64,000 bases of DNA, from contig CAVRDX010000001.1 of the NCBI GenBank assembly GCA_963719945.1, positions 416,001 to 480,000 on the forward strand. The letters are read 5' to 3'. The first letter of the stretch is position 1; every line of letters starts with the position of its first letter. This DNA comes from an uncultured Thermoplasmata archaeon. Its GTDB lineage: Archaea > Thermoplasmatota > Thermoplasmata > UBA10834. The position numbers were made by a program, and so were the translations under genes. Below the pieces are notes generated by a model that did no database searches, was not told the origin of the DNA, and was given only the letters and a program-made list of their open reading frames with translations. Positions 36,945 to 47,168 of the stretch are shown piece after piece.

Positions 36945-39827
36945 ATGACACTCGATTTCTCGGCGATGGAAGCCAAATGGAGGACCGCCTGGTACAAAGC
37001 CAGGATAAACGAATCGAATCCCGCGCCTGGAAAGAAGAAATTCTTCATGATATTCGCGTACCCTGGCGTCACAGGATACCTCCACGTTGGTCACATGAGG
37101 GGATACACCATAACCGACGCGATCGTCCGGTACAAGATGATGACTGGACACAACGTCTTATTCCCTGTAGGGACTCATTCGACAGGCAACGGCGCAATCA
37201 GTTTCGCCCGCAAGGTGGAGAGAAGGGACGCAGCCACGATCGGTATACTGGAAGCCAATGGGTGCACCTCCGAGACGATCGAATCTCTTGCGAACGTAGA
37301 TGGTGTCGTCAAGTTCTTCAACGAGGTCTATGTGAATGATTATTGGAAGCGGTTCGGCTTCATGTCCGATTGGCGTAGGTTCACATGTACTACATATCCA
37401 GATTACTCCAAGTTCATAGAATGGCAGATGCGCAAGCTGAAGGCCCATGGACTTCTCATTCAGAAGCCATATTTCGCACCAGCTTGTCTTGAGCACGGGC
37501 CGGTTGCGATCGACGCTTCCGAGACCGATATTCAGAAGGGTGGAACCGCCGAGGTGCTGGAATATACCTTGCTGAAGTTCGATCTGGACGACGGTCGGTA
37601 TCTGGTTGCAGCGACCCTACGCCCTGAGACGGTGTTTGGTCTCACGAACTTCTGGGTGAACCCTGATGTGGAATACGTCGATGCAGAGGTGGATGGCGAG
37701 ACATGGGTGGTCAGCAGACCCGCCGCAGAGAAGCTCGCACTGCAGATGGATTCGGTCAAGGTGCTGGGCTCAGCTGACGGCAGCGCGCTGATGGGGATGA
37801 GGTGCAGGGCGCCATACACGGGCAAGATGATCCCTGTGTTCCCATCGAATCTATGCGATCCGAACGTTGGCACCGGGCTCGTCATGAGCGTTCCATCGGA
37901 CGCACCGGTCGATTGGATCGGTCTCGTTGAGCTGAAGCGCGACTCCGATATGAGGGCACGCTACGGTCTGAAAGATGATATGATTGAGGCCACAAAGCCG
38001 ATCGCGATCATAGATACGCCCGGCTGGGGTCCGATGCCCGCGGTCGAGATATGCGCGAAGATGGGGATATCCTCGCTGGTCGATCCAAAACTGGAGGAGG
38101 CGACCAAGGAGGTCTACAAGGCCGGCTTCCACAGGGGAGTCATGAACTCTTCATGTGGGGAGTTCTCTGGAAAGCCAGTCGAGGTTGCGAAGGATGCGAT
38201 CAGGGAGCAGATGCTTGCCAACCGCCAGGCCGCCATGATGCGCGACCTGTCCGAGGAAGTCATTTGTCGATGTGGTGAGAAGGTCCTCGTGCGAAAGATT
38301 CCAGATCAATGGTTCATCGATTATTCGAATCCGGGTCTAAAGGAGCGGTCGAAGGAACACGCAAGGAGCATGAAGATCCTGCCCAAGGAGTACTTCGACA
38401 ACATACAGAATGTCATAGAATGGTACAGGGAGAGGGCATGTGTCCGCCTTGGCAATTGGCTCGGCACGAGATTCCCCTTCGACCAGAGATGGATAATCGA
38501 GGCGATCGCCGATAGCACGTTGTATCCTGTCTATTATGTCCTGTCCAGATACGTGAACGAGGGTATCATAAAAGCCGAAGGTATGACCGAGAAGTTCTTC
38601 GATTATGTGATCCTTGGTGAAGGGGATGCGGCGGTCATCGAGGCAGAATCAGGCATATCAAAGAAGACACTCGACGAGATGAGGGCGGAGTTCGAGTATT
38701 GGTATCCTCTCGATATCAACCTCGGTGGCAAGGAGCACATGACCGTTCACTTCCCGGTCTTCCTGATGAACCATGTCGCAATCCTGAGGCCTGAGCACCG
38801 CCCAAGCGGAATCATGGTCAACTGGTATATCACGTCCACTGGCGGAAAGATATCCAAGTCTAAGGGCGGCGCGCAACCGATCCCCGATGCTGCAGAGAAG
38901 TTCGGGGTAGATGCGATGCGCCTCTTCTATGCGCACATAGCCTCTCTCTTCGTAGATGTTGCCTGGGATGACGAGAAGGTCGAGAGCTACAGGGACCGAC
39001 TTGAGAAGACCTGGAACCTTGTGGACGATATATTGGCCGTTAGAACCGAGGAAAGCACTGGAATGGACACATGGCTCTCGGCGAGATTGAACATGCGCCT
39101 GGCCAAACTCCATGCATATATGGCGGACTATGATGTCCGGTCGTACTCCAACGAAGTGTATTTCGAGCTCCCTCAGGACATCAAATGGTACCTCCGAAGA
39201 GGCGGAAAGAGCAGGAACGCCCTGATGGATGCGCTGAGAATATGGATTCCTCTCATGACTCCTATCACACCTCATCTGTCCGAGGAATTATGGGAACACA
39301 TGGGCGAGAAACCCTTCGTGTCTCTGCACCGACTCCCCGATGGGAACACGAGCGATGAAGTGATCTCCGAGGAGGCCAAGGAGAAACTCGTCCAGAATCT
39401 CATACAGGATGTCTCTGAGATACTGAAGGTGACGAGCATGACTCCTTCGAAGATCTCCATAATGGTTGCTCCATCATGGAAGATCGAGATGCTTTCTGCT
39501 GCGCTGAAGCAGCCAAAAGGCAAGGTGGATGTGTCCTCGTTGATCAAGGCCGCCATGGTCAACGCGAAGACGCCCGAGATGAGGAAGGCTATTCCGGCTT
39601 TCGCAAAGGATGTCGCCCAGGAGGTTTCGAGGGCCGCGGAGCATGACCGCGTCATGCTGTCTGCAGAATTCGACGAGCTCGAGGTGCTCAAAGCTGCTAG
39701 CGGTTTCTTGGGCGAACAGTTCGGATGTCTGGTCGAAGTTCGCTCGGTCGACGACCCTGAGCTAGTCGACCCGAAAGGACGCAGCAGGTTTGCCAAGCCT
39801 GGGCGGCCCGCAGTGTATGCTGAATAA
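36945..39827 (+). CDS. leuS: Leucine--tRNA ligase (archaeal type)
   Basis: YPGVTGYLHVGH (HIGH), ATLRPET, GTGLVMSVPSDAP editing domain, KISKSKG (KMSKS), KPGRPAVY end. Confidence 0.95.
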   Translation: MTLDFSAMEAKWRTAWYKARINESNPAPGKKKFFMIFAYPGVTGYLHVGHMRGYTITDAIVRYKMMTGHNVLFPVGTHSTGNGAISFARKVERRDAATIGILEANGCTSETIESLANVDGVVKFFNEVYVNDYWKRFGFMSDWRRFTCTTYPDYSKFIEWQMRKLKAHGLLIQKPYFAPACLEHGPVAIDASETDIQKGGTAEVLEYTLLKFDLDDGRYLVAATLRPETVFGLTNFWVNPDVEYVDAEVDGETWVVSRPAAEKLALQMDSVKVLGSADGSALMGMRCRAPYTGKMIPVFPSNLCDPNVGTGLVMSVPSDAPVDWIGLVELKRDSDMRARYGLKDDMIEATKPIAIIDTPGWGPMPAVEICAKMGISSLVDPKLEEATKEVYKAGFHRGVMNSSCGEFSGKPVEVAKDAIREQMLANRQAAMMRDLSEEVICRCGEKVLVRKIPDQWFIDYSNPGLKERSKEHARSMKILPKEYFDNIQNVIEWYRERACVRLGNWLGTRFPFDQRWIIEAIADSTLYPVYYVLSRYVNEGIIKAEGMTEKFFDYVILGEGDAAVIEAESGISKKTLDEMRAEFEYWYPLDINLGGKEHMTVHFPVFLMNHVAILRPEHRPSGIMVNWYITSTGGKISKSKGGAQPIPDAAEKFGVDAMRLFYAHIASLFVDVAWDDEKVESYRDRLEKTWNLVDDILAVRTEESTGMDTWLSARLNMRLAKLHAYMADYDVRSYSNEVYFELPQDIKWYLRRGGKSRNALMDALRIWIPLMTPITPHLSEELWEHMGEKPFVSLHRLPDGNTSDEVISEEAKEKLVQNLIQDVSEILKVTSMTPSKISIMVAPSWKIEMLSAALKQPKGKVDVSSLIKAAMVNAKTPEMRKAIPAFAKDVAQEVSRAAEHDRVMLSAEFDELEVLKAASGFLGEQFGCLVEVRSVDDPELVDPKGRSRFAKPGRPAVYAE

Positions 39828-39986
39828 CTGCATAATCCAGCATCCAGGTTCATCTGTTGCCGCATATCTACGAGGTCGTTGTAGACTCCGATGATCTAGC
39901 GTTCAATGGCATCTACTTGTGATGTGTGATAACGAGATGCGAAAGCATTAAGAGCAATCTGACCAGATACTGCCATACTGGTCCTC

Positions 39987-41828
39987 ATGATGCGTTTCAG
40001 GACAGCAATGTTAGCTCTTTTCTTGTGCATGGCACTCATCGTCTCAATTCCAATGGGGACTTCCGCTCAAGGCGGGAATGCGATGATAATCGAATCGAAG
40101 CTGTCTTTCACAGCCCTGGACACAATGGCGGGAAATGGTGTGGTTGTGCTGACATTCGAAGGCGATCCCGCCATAGAATTGCGTCAATCAATATTCACAA
40201 ACGATAACACCGATTTCGACGCTAATATGAACCAGTATCTCGAATTGTCAGAGAGCAGAGCGTTTCTTGTCGCGTTCACGAATGCCCTGGTTGGCAAACA
40301 ACACTGGGGCATGACGATCGATAGCCTCACCGACTTTCAGAACATGACCGATTCCGAATTGAGATATGCCACTTCAGGCGTAGTCGATACGAGATATACC
40401 TCCACCAATCCGATATCCATCAAGATAGAGTTCGACTGCATGGGCGAGAGTGTCATGAAGCTCATCAGGCCATCGGAGGTTCCGTTGGAGACCTTCGTTG
40501 GAGCACTCAACTCTGTCACCGGTTTCACGTTCGCAGGCACATTGATCTTGAAAGACCGTGTGATGCTGTTCGGGATAAGCAGTTTCACATCTCCTGATCT
40601 GGTTGCAGGCAAGTTCAGCGAGGTTAGGACTCCCATCGGTACGATCCTATGGTATTCTTTTGAGGGTGAGATCCTGTCGGGCGAGACGGCACCCCAGGAG
40701 ACCATGACTTATGAGCCTTTCAGCATCTATGAGAACAACCAGATATCCTTTGTCGTGCTTCTATTTGGGTGCATACTGATATTGAGGGTATCGTCGAAGA
40801 GGTTCAACAAGTATCTGATGCAGCACCCTAAGCGTTTCAGAGCGTCTGCCAAACAACTCCCAGTCGTCAGATGGTTGACCTGGGCTATGGTGGCGGTTCT
40901 TTGCATGTTCTACGTGCTCCCGTTCATATTCTCATTCGCCAGCAGGAGCACGATGATCTATGGTTCATACATGTATTTCCTGGTCCCTGGGTTGATTGTC
41001 GCAAGCCACATCTTCTCGAAGACGCTCTACGATCGCGCGTCTTTCCGGATACCAGATGATATCGTCATCCCTGTGAAGCAGGCGGTCGTGAGGCAAGATG
41101 ACGATTCATACACGATGAGATGCCAGATGTGCATGCGTCCCATCGATGTCGAGAAGGAACTCTACGAATGCATATGCGGATACCAGATGCACATGATATG
41201 TGCTGAGAAGGCCCAGGCATGCCCGCTATGCGGCGAGGTGCTGTTCCCGGAGCACACGCGGTCGATCCAATGCAAAGCGTGTGAGGAGACCTTCCTGTCG
41301 ACCGGTGAAGAAGATCCGTATACGCTACAATGTACTAGATGCGGCGCGTTCCAGGAGGAAGTGAAGGGTGGGAGAAACTACCTCATCGTGGACATCGATT
41401 CGCGAAGAGGGTACAACATGATACGCGCCATGGGGCTTTCAGGCCGTCCCGCGTTGGTCATGACGAACGAATTCCCGGGGAAGGTGCGCGAACAATACGA
41501 CCTCGGTGATGATTTCGACGTAAAATGCCTGTGCGACAGCACGACCGATATTGACAGCGTGAACATAAACGACCTGGACGGGGACGCGATGGAGACCGTG
41601 TCCACATTCCTTATGACGACGAAACGCTCCGGACTGCTGATAGAGGGTCTTGAGGCGATCATATTCAAAAACGGATTCGATGCTGGGTTGGCATTCATAA
41701 AGAGGGTCAACGACCTATCCGCGATTCATGGCGCGTCGGTCATCGTACCAGTGAACAAGGAAAATATTCCTGAGGATGAGTACAAGCTCATCAGCGATGA
41801 GTTCGACGAGGTACACGATTACATGTGA
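39987..41828 (+). CDS. Membrane protein: signal peptide, extracellular domain, 3 TM, RING-like C4HC3 finger, zinc ribbon, C-terminal DUF835
   Basis: CQMC-x12-CIC-x4-HMIC-x6-CPLC; CKAC...CTRC; ALVMTNEFPGKVR...GLLIEGLEAIIFKNGF...IVPVN. Confidence 0.72.
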   Translation: MMRFRTAMLALFLCMALIVSIPMGTSAQGGNAMIIESKLSFTALDTMAGNGVVVLTFEGDPAIELRQSIFTNDNTDFDANMNQYLELSESRAFLVAFTNALVGKQHWGMTIDSLTDFQNMTDSELRYATSGVVDTRYTSTNPISIKIEFDCMGESVMKLIRPSEVPLETFVGALNSVTGFTFAGTLILKDRVMLFGISSFTSPDLVAGKFSEVRTPIGTILWYSFEGEILSGETAPQETMTYEPFSIYENNQISFVVLLFGCILILRVSSKRFNKYLMQHPKRFRASAKQLPVVRWLTWAMVAVLCMFYVLPFIFSFASRSTMIYGSYMYFLVPGLIVASHIFSKTLYDRASFRIPDDIVIPVKQAVVRQDDDSYTMRCQMCMRPIDVEKELYECICGYQMHMICAEKAQACPLCGEVLFPEHTRSIQCKACEETFLSTGEEDPYTLQCTRCGAFQEEVKGGRNYLIVDIDSRRGYNMIRAMGLSGRPALVMTNEFPGKVREQYDLGDDFDVKCLCDSTTDIDSVNINDLDGDAMETVSTFLMTTKRSGLLIEGLEAIIFKNGFDAGLAFIKRVNDLSAIHGASVIVPVNKENIPEDEYKLISDEFDEVHDYM

Positions 41829-41832
41829 GGAG

Positions 41833-42381
41833 CTACTCTCCCTCCCAGCGCTTGTATAATGAGTTCTCTATATCCAGTATGTCTAGGATCCTCCCGACGA
41901 GGAAGTCGACCATGTCATCGACGGTGTCCGGATTCGGGTAGAACGCCGGGCTTGCTGGCATGATGACGGCACCTGCTGCTGAGAGCCTATGCATGTTTTC
42001 AAGATGTATTGTCGAAAGCGGGGTTTCGCGCACGAGCAGTACGAGCTTCCGCCTCTCCTTCAATGCGATCGATGCTACCCTCGTGATGAGCGTGTCGGAT
42101 ATTCCGCAAGCAATCTTCGACATAGTCGATACGCTACAAGGAGCGATTATGACATTGTCGAATCTGCTGGAACCTGATGCAACAGGGGCTGCCAGGTCAG
42201 CGTTGTCATAATGTTCATCTGCCAGGGATTCTATCTCCTTCCTCTCTAGGTTCATCTCGATCCGGGCGACGTGCATCCCATCCTCTGACAAGATGACCGT
42301 CTTATCGCTCGGGAGCGCTTTCAGAAGCCGTATGCCGTATGCTGTTCCTGATGCTCCAGTGATGCCGACTACAGTTCTCAC
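41833..42381 (-). CDS. ubiX: Flavin prenyltransferase UbiX
   Basis: VGITGASG, ASGS, APCS, LKERRKLVLLVRETPL, MPASPAFY. Confidence 0.93.
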   Translation of the reverse strand: MRTVVGITGASGTAYGIRLLKALPSDKTVILSEDGMHVARIEMNLERKEIESLADEHYDNADLAAPVASGSSRFDNVIIAPCSVSTMSKIACGISDTLITRVASIALKERRKLVLLVRETPLSTIHLENMHRLSAAGAVIMPASPAFYPNPDTVDDMVDFLVGRILDILDIENSLYKRWEGE

Positions 42382-42576
42382 GGTTGCCGCAAGTACCGAC
42401 TACTCTCAAAAGCCTTTTCCCCTGGTCGGGCATACGCTATCAAATTGATGTGGTCCACATGCTGGCGATGTCGATAGGCAGCAAGCATTTAAATATGAGC
42501 ACCAACTTATCCGCGTTTTGCCACCCATGTGGCACATGCTTTCAGTATGTAAGTCACACTCGTTTGAGGTAATCCA

Positions 42577-43032
42577 ATGGCTACGGCGTTTGATGTGCCC
42601 GCAGATAAGCTCATTCCAAGGCTTGCGGAAGAGCTGAAGAAGATCGAGACGATTAAACCCCCAGAATGGGCTGCATATGTCAAGACCGGACGACACAAAG
42701 AGAAGAGTCCCATTCAGGAGGACTGGTGGTATGTCAGGTCCGCTGCCGTCCTCAGAAAGATTTACATCGACGGTCCGATGGGTTCCACTAGGCTCGCCGC
42801 CTGCTATGGCGGTTACGCCGACCGTGGCGCCAAACCTGACAAGGCGGTCAGGGGCTCGCGCTCGATATCACGATCGACTATTCAATTGCTGGAGAAAAGC
42901 CAGCTGATACAGAAAGAACGGGACGGAGGCAGGAAGATATCCCCGAAGGGTCAGAAACTCGTGGACAACGTGTCCACGGTGATCCTGAAGGAACTTGCAG
43001 CCAAGAACCCAGAACTGACAAAATATCTTTAA
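42577..43032 (+). CDS. rps19e: 30S ribosomal protein S19e
   Basis: PEWAAYVKTG, DWWYVRSAAVLRKIY, GRKISPKGQ. Confidence 0.96.
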   Translation: MATAFDVPADKLIPRLAEELKKIETIKPPEWAAYVKTGRHKEKSPIQEDWWYVRSAAVLRKIYIDGPMGSTRLAACYGGYADRGAKPDKAVRGSRSISRSTIQLLEKSQLIQKERDGGRKISPKGQKLVDNVSTVILKELAAKNPELTKYL

Positions 43033-43374
43033 GTGAGCGATATGCCAGAAGAAGATGAGCTAGCGGCTCTGAGGCAACGCAAGATACAGGAACTCCAGCT
43101 GAGAGCACAGCAGGAGGTCATGGCGCAGGAGCAGAACAAGCAGATAGATGCCCAGAAGGCCATGGTCATGCGGCAGATACTGACTCCTGAGGCGAGAGAA
43201 AGGCTCGCCAACTTGCGCATGACCCGACCCGATCTGGTCGAGTCTGTCGAGAACCAGCTGATAACGCTCGTCCAATCCGGAAGGGTGAACCAGAAGATAG
43301 ACGACTACACCCTGAGGCAATTGCTGCGGAAGATCATGCCGACGAAAAGAGAAATCAAGATCGAGAGGAGATGA
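43033..43374 (+). CDS. PDCD5/TFAR19-like DNA-binding protein
   Basis: [18 protein letters not shown]...VENQLI; conserved position after rps19e. Confidence 0.92.
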   Translation: MSDMPEEDELAALRQRKIQELQLRAQQEVMAQEQNKQIDAQKAMVMRQILTPEARERLANLRMTRPDLVESVENQLITLVQSGRVNQKIDDYTLRQLLRKIMPTKREIKIERR

Positions 43375-43378
43375 CCCG

Positions 43379-43534
43379 ATGTCCAAGCACAAACCGACTG
43401 CTAGAAAACTCAGGCTTATGAAGGCCATCAAGAGTAACAGGAGGGTCCCCGCCTGGGTTATGATGAGGACTAACAGAACCTTCCTCAGGCATCCGAAGCG
43501 ACGCCACTGGAGAAGGACTAAGTTGAAGGTGTGA
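43379..43534 (+). CDS. rpl39e: 50S ribosomal protein L39e
   Basis: Manual translation [51 protein letters not shown] (51 aa, below the ORF-track cutoff). Confidence 0.95.
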   Translation: MSKHKPTARKLRLMKAIKSNRRVPAWVMMRTNRTFLRHPKRRHWRRTKLKV

Positions 43535-43543
43535 GGGCTTACC

Positions 43544-43837
43544 ATGGTCGAAGAAGTAGAGAGAGTTTTCACCATTCCATTGTCCATGACGAGGAATGTG
43601 CCAAAGACGAAGCGTGCGCCTAGAGCTATCAAGGAGATCAAGGAATATGTCCGCAGACACCTCGCCGACAGGACCCCTTCGGAAGAGGAGGGTGCCGAGA
43701 AGAAGGATGTCTGGATCGATTACCGTCTCAATGAGTTTCTGTGGTCGAAGGGTATCGAGAATCCTCCCAGCAAGGTGCGCGTAAAGGCTATCCGGTTCGA
43801 GGATGGCCTGATTGAAGTGTCCCTTCCTGAAGAGTGA
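43544..43837 (+). CDS. rpl31e: 50S ribosomal protein L31e
   Basis: ERVFTIPL, KRAPRAIKEI, LNEFLWSKGIENPPSKVRV. Confidence 0.95.
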   Translation: MVEEVERVFTIPLSMTRNVPKTKRAPRAIKEIKEYVRRHLADRTPSEEEGAEKKDVWIDYRLNEFLWSKGIENPPSKVRVKAIRFEDGLIEVSLPEE

Positions 43838-43857
43838 GGATTTTCGGAGTAGAATCG

Positions 43858-44517
43858 ATGCTTAAACTCGGCATGATGATGGGTAGTCCCTATGTGGGTG
43901 TCTTTTGCGCCGCTAGTGAGAGACTGGCCATATTGCCCGACGCAGCAGATTCCTGGGTCAAGAAAGATCTGCAGGAGGCGCTGGGCGTCGATATACTGTG
44001 CACGTATCTCGCAGGTTCCGTTTTGATCGGTTCGCTCGCTTCGATGAATTCCAACGGCATAGTAGTTACGAACTTCGCTGATAAATCCGAGCTGAAGCGA
44101 TTGCCGAATGACCTCAGGGTCGGTATGATGGAGGAGAAGTTGAACGCTGCCGGGAACAACATATTGTCCAACGATCATGGGGCCTACGTGAACCTCAATG
44201 CGTCCAGATCATCCGTCAAGATGATCGAGGATACCCTTGGAGTGGAGGTTCTGCGGAGGACCATCGCTGGCATAGATACTGTTGGCTCAGTGGCGATTGC
44301 GACATCCAAGGGCATCGTATGTCACCCGCGTACATCGCAAGACGAACTGAAGGAGATATCTGCGTTCTTCAAGGTGCCTGCCGCGCTCGCAACGTTGAAC
44401 TATGGGACGCCATACATCGGTGCATGCGCTGTTGCCAACGGCAAGGGTGCATATATCGGCGGAAAGAGCACCCCCATCGAGCTTGGAAAAATAGAGGATG
44501 GCCTAGGATTATACTGA
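43858..44517 (+). CDS. eif6: Translation initiation factor 6 (aIF6)
   Basis: GSPYVGVF, AAGNNILSNDHGA, TVGS, LNYGTPYIG; follows rpl31e. Confidence 0.92.
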   Translation: MLKLGMMMGSPYVGVFCAASERLAILPDAADSWVKKDLQEALGVDILCTYLAGSVLIGSLASMNSNGIVVTNFADKSELKRLPNDLRVGMMEEKLNAAGNNILSNDHGAYVNLNASRSSVKMIEDTLGVEVLRRTIAGIDTVGSVAIATSKGIVCHPRTSQDELKEISAFFKVPAALATLNYGTPYIGACAVANGKGAYIGGKSTPIELGKIEDGLGLY

Positions 44518-44526
44518 TGTGGACGG

Positions 44527-45168
44527 CTATAGCGAGAACAGCCAGATCTCCGTGCCTTCTTCGGGCAGGTCTTCCGGCGAGAAGTCGACTTCATTGCCTA
44601 CTCTGACTATCTGGTTCTTGTCGCAGATGTCCAGGAAATTCTGAACAGGCTTTATCGACAATGAAAGGCCCGATGTTCGGTAGTGCATGGGCACAGCAAC
44701 TTTCGGTGCGAGCTTCTGTATCGTCCTCGCAGCACCTTCAGGGCCTATCGTGAACACATCTCCCACAGGGACGAATAGGAAATCAACTGGTGCAAGTTGC
44801 TCTACCATCGAATCATCGAGCTCGTGGCCAAGGTCACCCAAATGGCAGAATGACATGCCGTCGATCTCGAACTTGAAGATGGTGACCTTGCCTCTCTTCT
44901 TCCCTCCAGCATCGTCATGGGCAGCTTCTATTCCTTCTACCCTGACCCCTTGCTCAACGGTCATTATTGGGTCTGATATGACCTTTGTATCTTCTTTCTC
45001 AACGACTTTGGGGCAGTTGTGGTCGAAATGACCGTGTGAAATCAGAACAAGATCGGCCTTTACGTCTGGTGCGGGTATGCCGATCGATTTCCCATCGTGA
45101 GGGTCCGTGACCACATCGATGCTTCCTCCGACTTCAAAACACGCATGGCCATGCCAACGAATGCGCAA
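44527..45168 (-). CDS. MBL-fold metallo-hydrolase
   Basis: WHGHACF, SHGHFDHN, HLGDLGH, VPMHY. Confidence 0.88.
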   Translation of the reverse strand: MRIRWHGHACFEVGGSIDVVTDPHDGKSIGIPAPDVKADLVLISHGHFDHNCPKVVEKEDTKVISDPIMTVEQGVRVEGIEAAHDDAGGKKRGKVTIFKFEIDGMSFCHLGDLGHELDDSMVEQLAPVDFLFVPVGDVFTIGPEGAARTIQKLAPKVAVPMHYRTSGLSLSIKPVQNFLDICDKNQIVRVGNEVDFSPEDLPEEGTEIWLFSL

Positions 45169-45251
45169 TTATCTACTCTCCCCGGGAATTGAAGTAATCA
45201 TCCAATTCGTACTTAACAAGCGCGGTGGCGGCGATGCAGGATTTCGCCATC

Positions 45252-45902
45252 TCATCCCTTGACACGCCTTATCGCACGCGTCTTCTTCGGAGGTTCCTCA
45301 GGCGCGGGTTTCGGTTCAGCCACTTGCCTCACTGTTCTGACGGTCCTCTGAGCAGGTGCGGGGGTCTCAGGCACGAATACGGGGATCGACTCCTCATCCT
45401 CGATCATGGGTTCGGTCTCGATGACAGGTGCTGGTAATCGAGTCTTGACGTTCCTGACCTTCCTTGTCTTTGGAGGTGGTTCAGCGACAAACTCGGGTTC
45501 ATTCGTCGGCATGTCTGCCTCAGGAGGTGCCCTATGTCTGGGTGCTGGTTCTGGTGCATGTTTCACAGGCTGGTTGCTTGCAGCCCTGCCACCTGCAAGG
45601 AGGTCTCCAGCAGTCGCTGGCGGCTCATCATCGCAATGTGCTCTGGACTGCGGATTCTCGGTTCTATCAAGAACAGGATTGCTGAGCGTCGATTCTATCA
45701 TGTGATTGACTGTTCCGGGCTCGAACTTCTGTTTCTCCAGCATGAGCTCCCTCTCGAGCTTCTCGATCTGGAGTATCCACTCATCCTCCTCTTCGAAGTC
45801 CCAGCCACAGAATTCACATATGTTGGCCTCGAGTGTAACGCCGAGACCACAACTAGGGCATTCTTTCTTGGGTTCGGCGCGGTCTAATTTTTTGGCCATC
45901 AC
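45252..45902 (-). CDS. Zinc-ribbon protein with Pro-rich disordered tail
   Basis: CPSCG...CEFCG, coiled segment, P/E-rich tail with repeated RxVRxV-like motifs. Confidence 0.65.
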   Translation of the reverse strand: MMAKKLDRAEPKKECPSCGLGVTLEANICEFCGWDFEEEDEWILQIEKLERELMLEKQKFEPGTVNHMIESTLSNPVLDRTENPQSRAHCDDEPPATAGDLLAGGRAASNQPVKHAPEPAPRHRAPPEADMPTNEPEFVAEPPPKTRKVRNVKTRLPAPVIETEPMIEDEESIPVFVPETPAPAQRTVRTVRQVAEPKPAPEEPPKKTRAIRRVKG

Positions 45903-46006
45903 ATAGATAATTCTGTGGTTATTATATAAGCATTTTTAACCGAACCGATGATTGTTCGAGCCAGTATCTCCGAAGCGCAGAGTAAAATAACCCTGCGGGC
46001 CATTAG

Positions 46007-47164
46007 GTGGGTCTGATGAGGATCCTCGTTCTGTGTGTCGACAGGGATGACGACCTAGGCTCAAAGGCAGGTGTGAACGGGCCTGTCATCGGTAGAGAGG
46101 AGAACCTCGAAGCTGCACTGGCGCTTGGACTTGCGGACCCTGAAGAGGTCGACACGAACACCATCCTGTCAGGCTTGCAGCTCTACGACGACCTAGTGAA
46201 AAGAGGGATGGATGCGGAGATAGCCACCATCTCCGGTGATTCTCATGTGGGCTTCCAATCCGATCTCATACTCGCGACTCAGCTGGAGAATGTATTAGAG
46301 GTCGTGAAACCCGACCGCGCCATCCTCGTCAGCGACGGGGTCGAGGACGAGGCGATATACCCCGTGATCTCCTCAAGGATTAAGATCGATTCTGTAAGGC
46401 GCGTCTATGTGAAGCAGAGCAAGAGCATAGAAGGCACATACTACCTGATAGTCAAGACTCTTCAGGACGAGAAGATGAGACGGAAATGGGTAGTTCCCCT
46501 GTCTCTCGTGCTCATCATCTGGGGCATGCTATCGCTGATAGTCAAGATCGTGGAATTCATGGAGCAAGATTACGAGGATATAGGACTGCTTTCTCAGATG
46601 GCTTTTGGGGTCATAGGCATAGTCCTCGGACTGTACCTCCTAGGGTGGTCCTACAGATGGGCGGATGCACTACGTGAGCGCGTAATCCGGACGAAGAGGT
46701 CCATACGACAGGGAAGCCTTGCTATTCCGTTCGCAATAATCGGACTCGTACTCGGCGTAGTGGGTCTTCTGATAGGCTACGATATGGCACTGGTATATCG
46801 AGAATCCCTCCTGGTCCATGAGCGTAGCCTGGCCATCTCCATACTGGTATTCGTGTCGGGTGCTGTATGGTTCATCGTATTCGGCGTGTTCGCCTTCGAA
46901 TCCGGCAAGTCTGTCACGACATTCATGCAGACGGGAAAGATACGCTGGTCGTTCATCGTTATGATGGTCTCGGTTCTCGCCACCGGTTTTATCGTCCAGG
47001 GCTCGGCAGACGCCCTTTCCTATTTCATCGGATATGGGGACTACGACCTGACGGTGATAATCGCTGAGATGATAACCGGTATTCTGATAGCCATCTTCAG
47101 CTCAGTATTGAACGCATCTCTGAGAAGTGAGGCGGTCAAGGTGCGTCAGGCGTCCGGAGCGTGA
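46007..47164 (+). CDS. DUF373 family membrane protein
   Basis: LVLCVDRDDDLG, LADPEEVDTN, VSDGVEDE, VKQS followed by TM helices. Confidence 0.88.
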   Translation: MGLMRILVLCVDRDDDLGSKAGVNGPVIGREENLEAALALGLADPEEVDTNTILSGLQLYDDLVKRGMDAEIATISGDSHVGFQSDLILATQLENVLEVVKPDRAILVSDGVEDEAIYPVISSRIKIDSVRRVYVKQSKSIEGTYYLIVKTLQDEKMRRKWVVPLSLVLIIWGMLSLIVKIVEFMEQDYEDIGLLSQMAFGVIGIVLGLYLLGWSYRWADALRERVIRTKRSIRQGSLAIPFAIIGLVLGVVGLLIGYDMALVYRESLLVHERSLAISILVFVSGAVWFIVFGVFAFESGKSVTTFMQTGKIRWSFIVMMVSVLATGFIVQGSADALSYFIGYGDYDLTVIIAEMITGILIAIFSSVLNASLRSEAVKVRQASGA

Positions 47165-47168
47165 CTTC

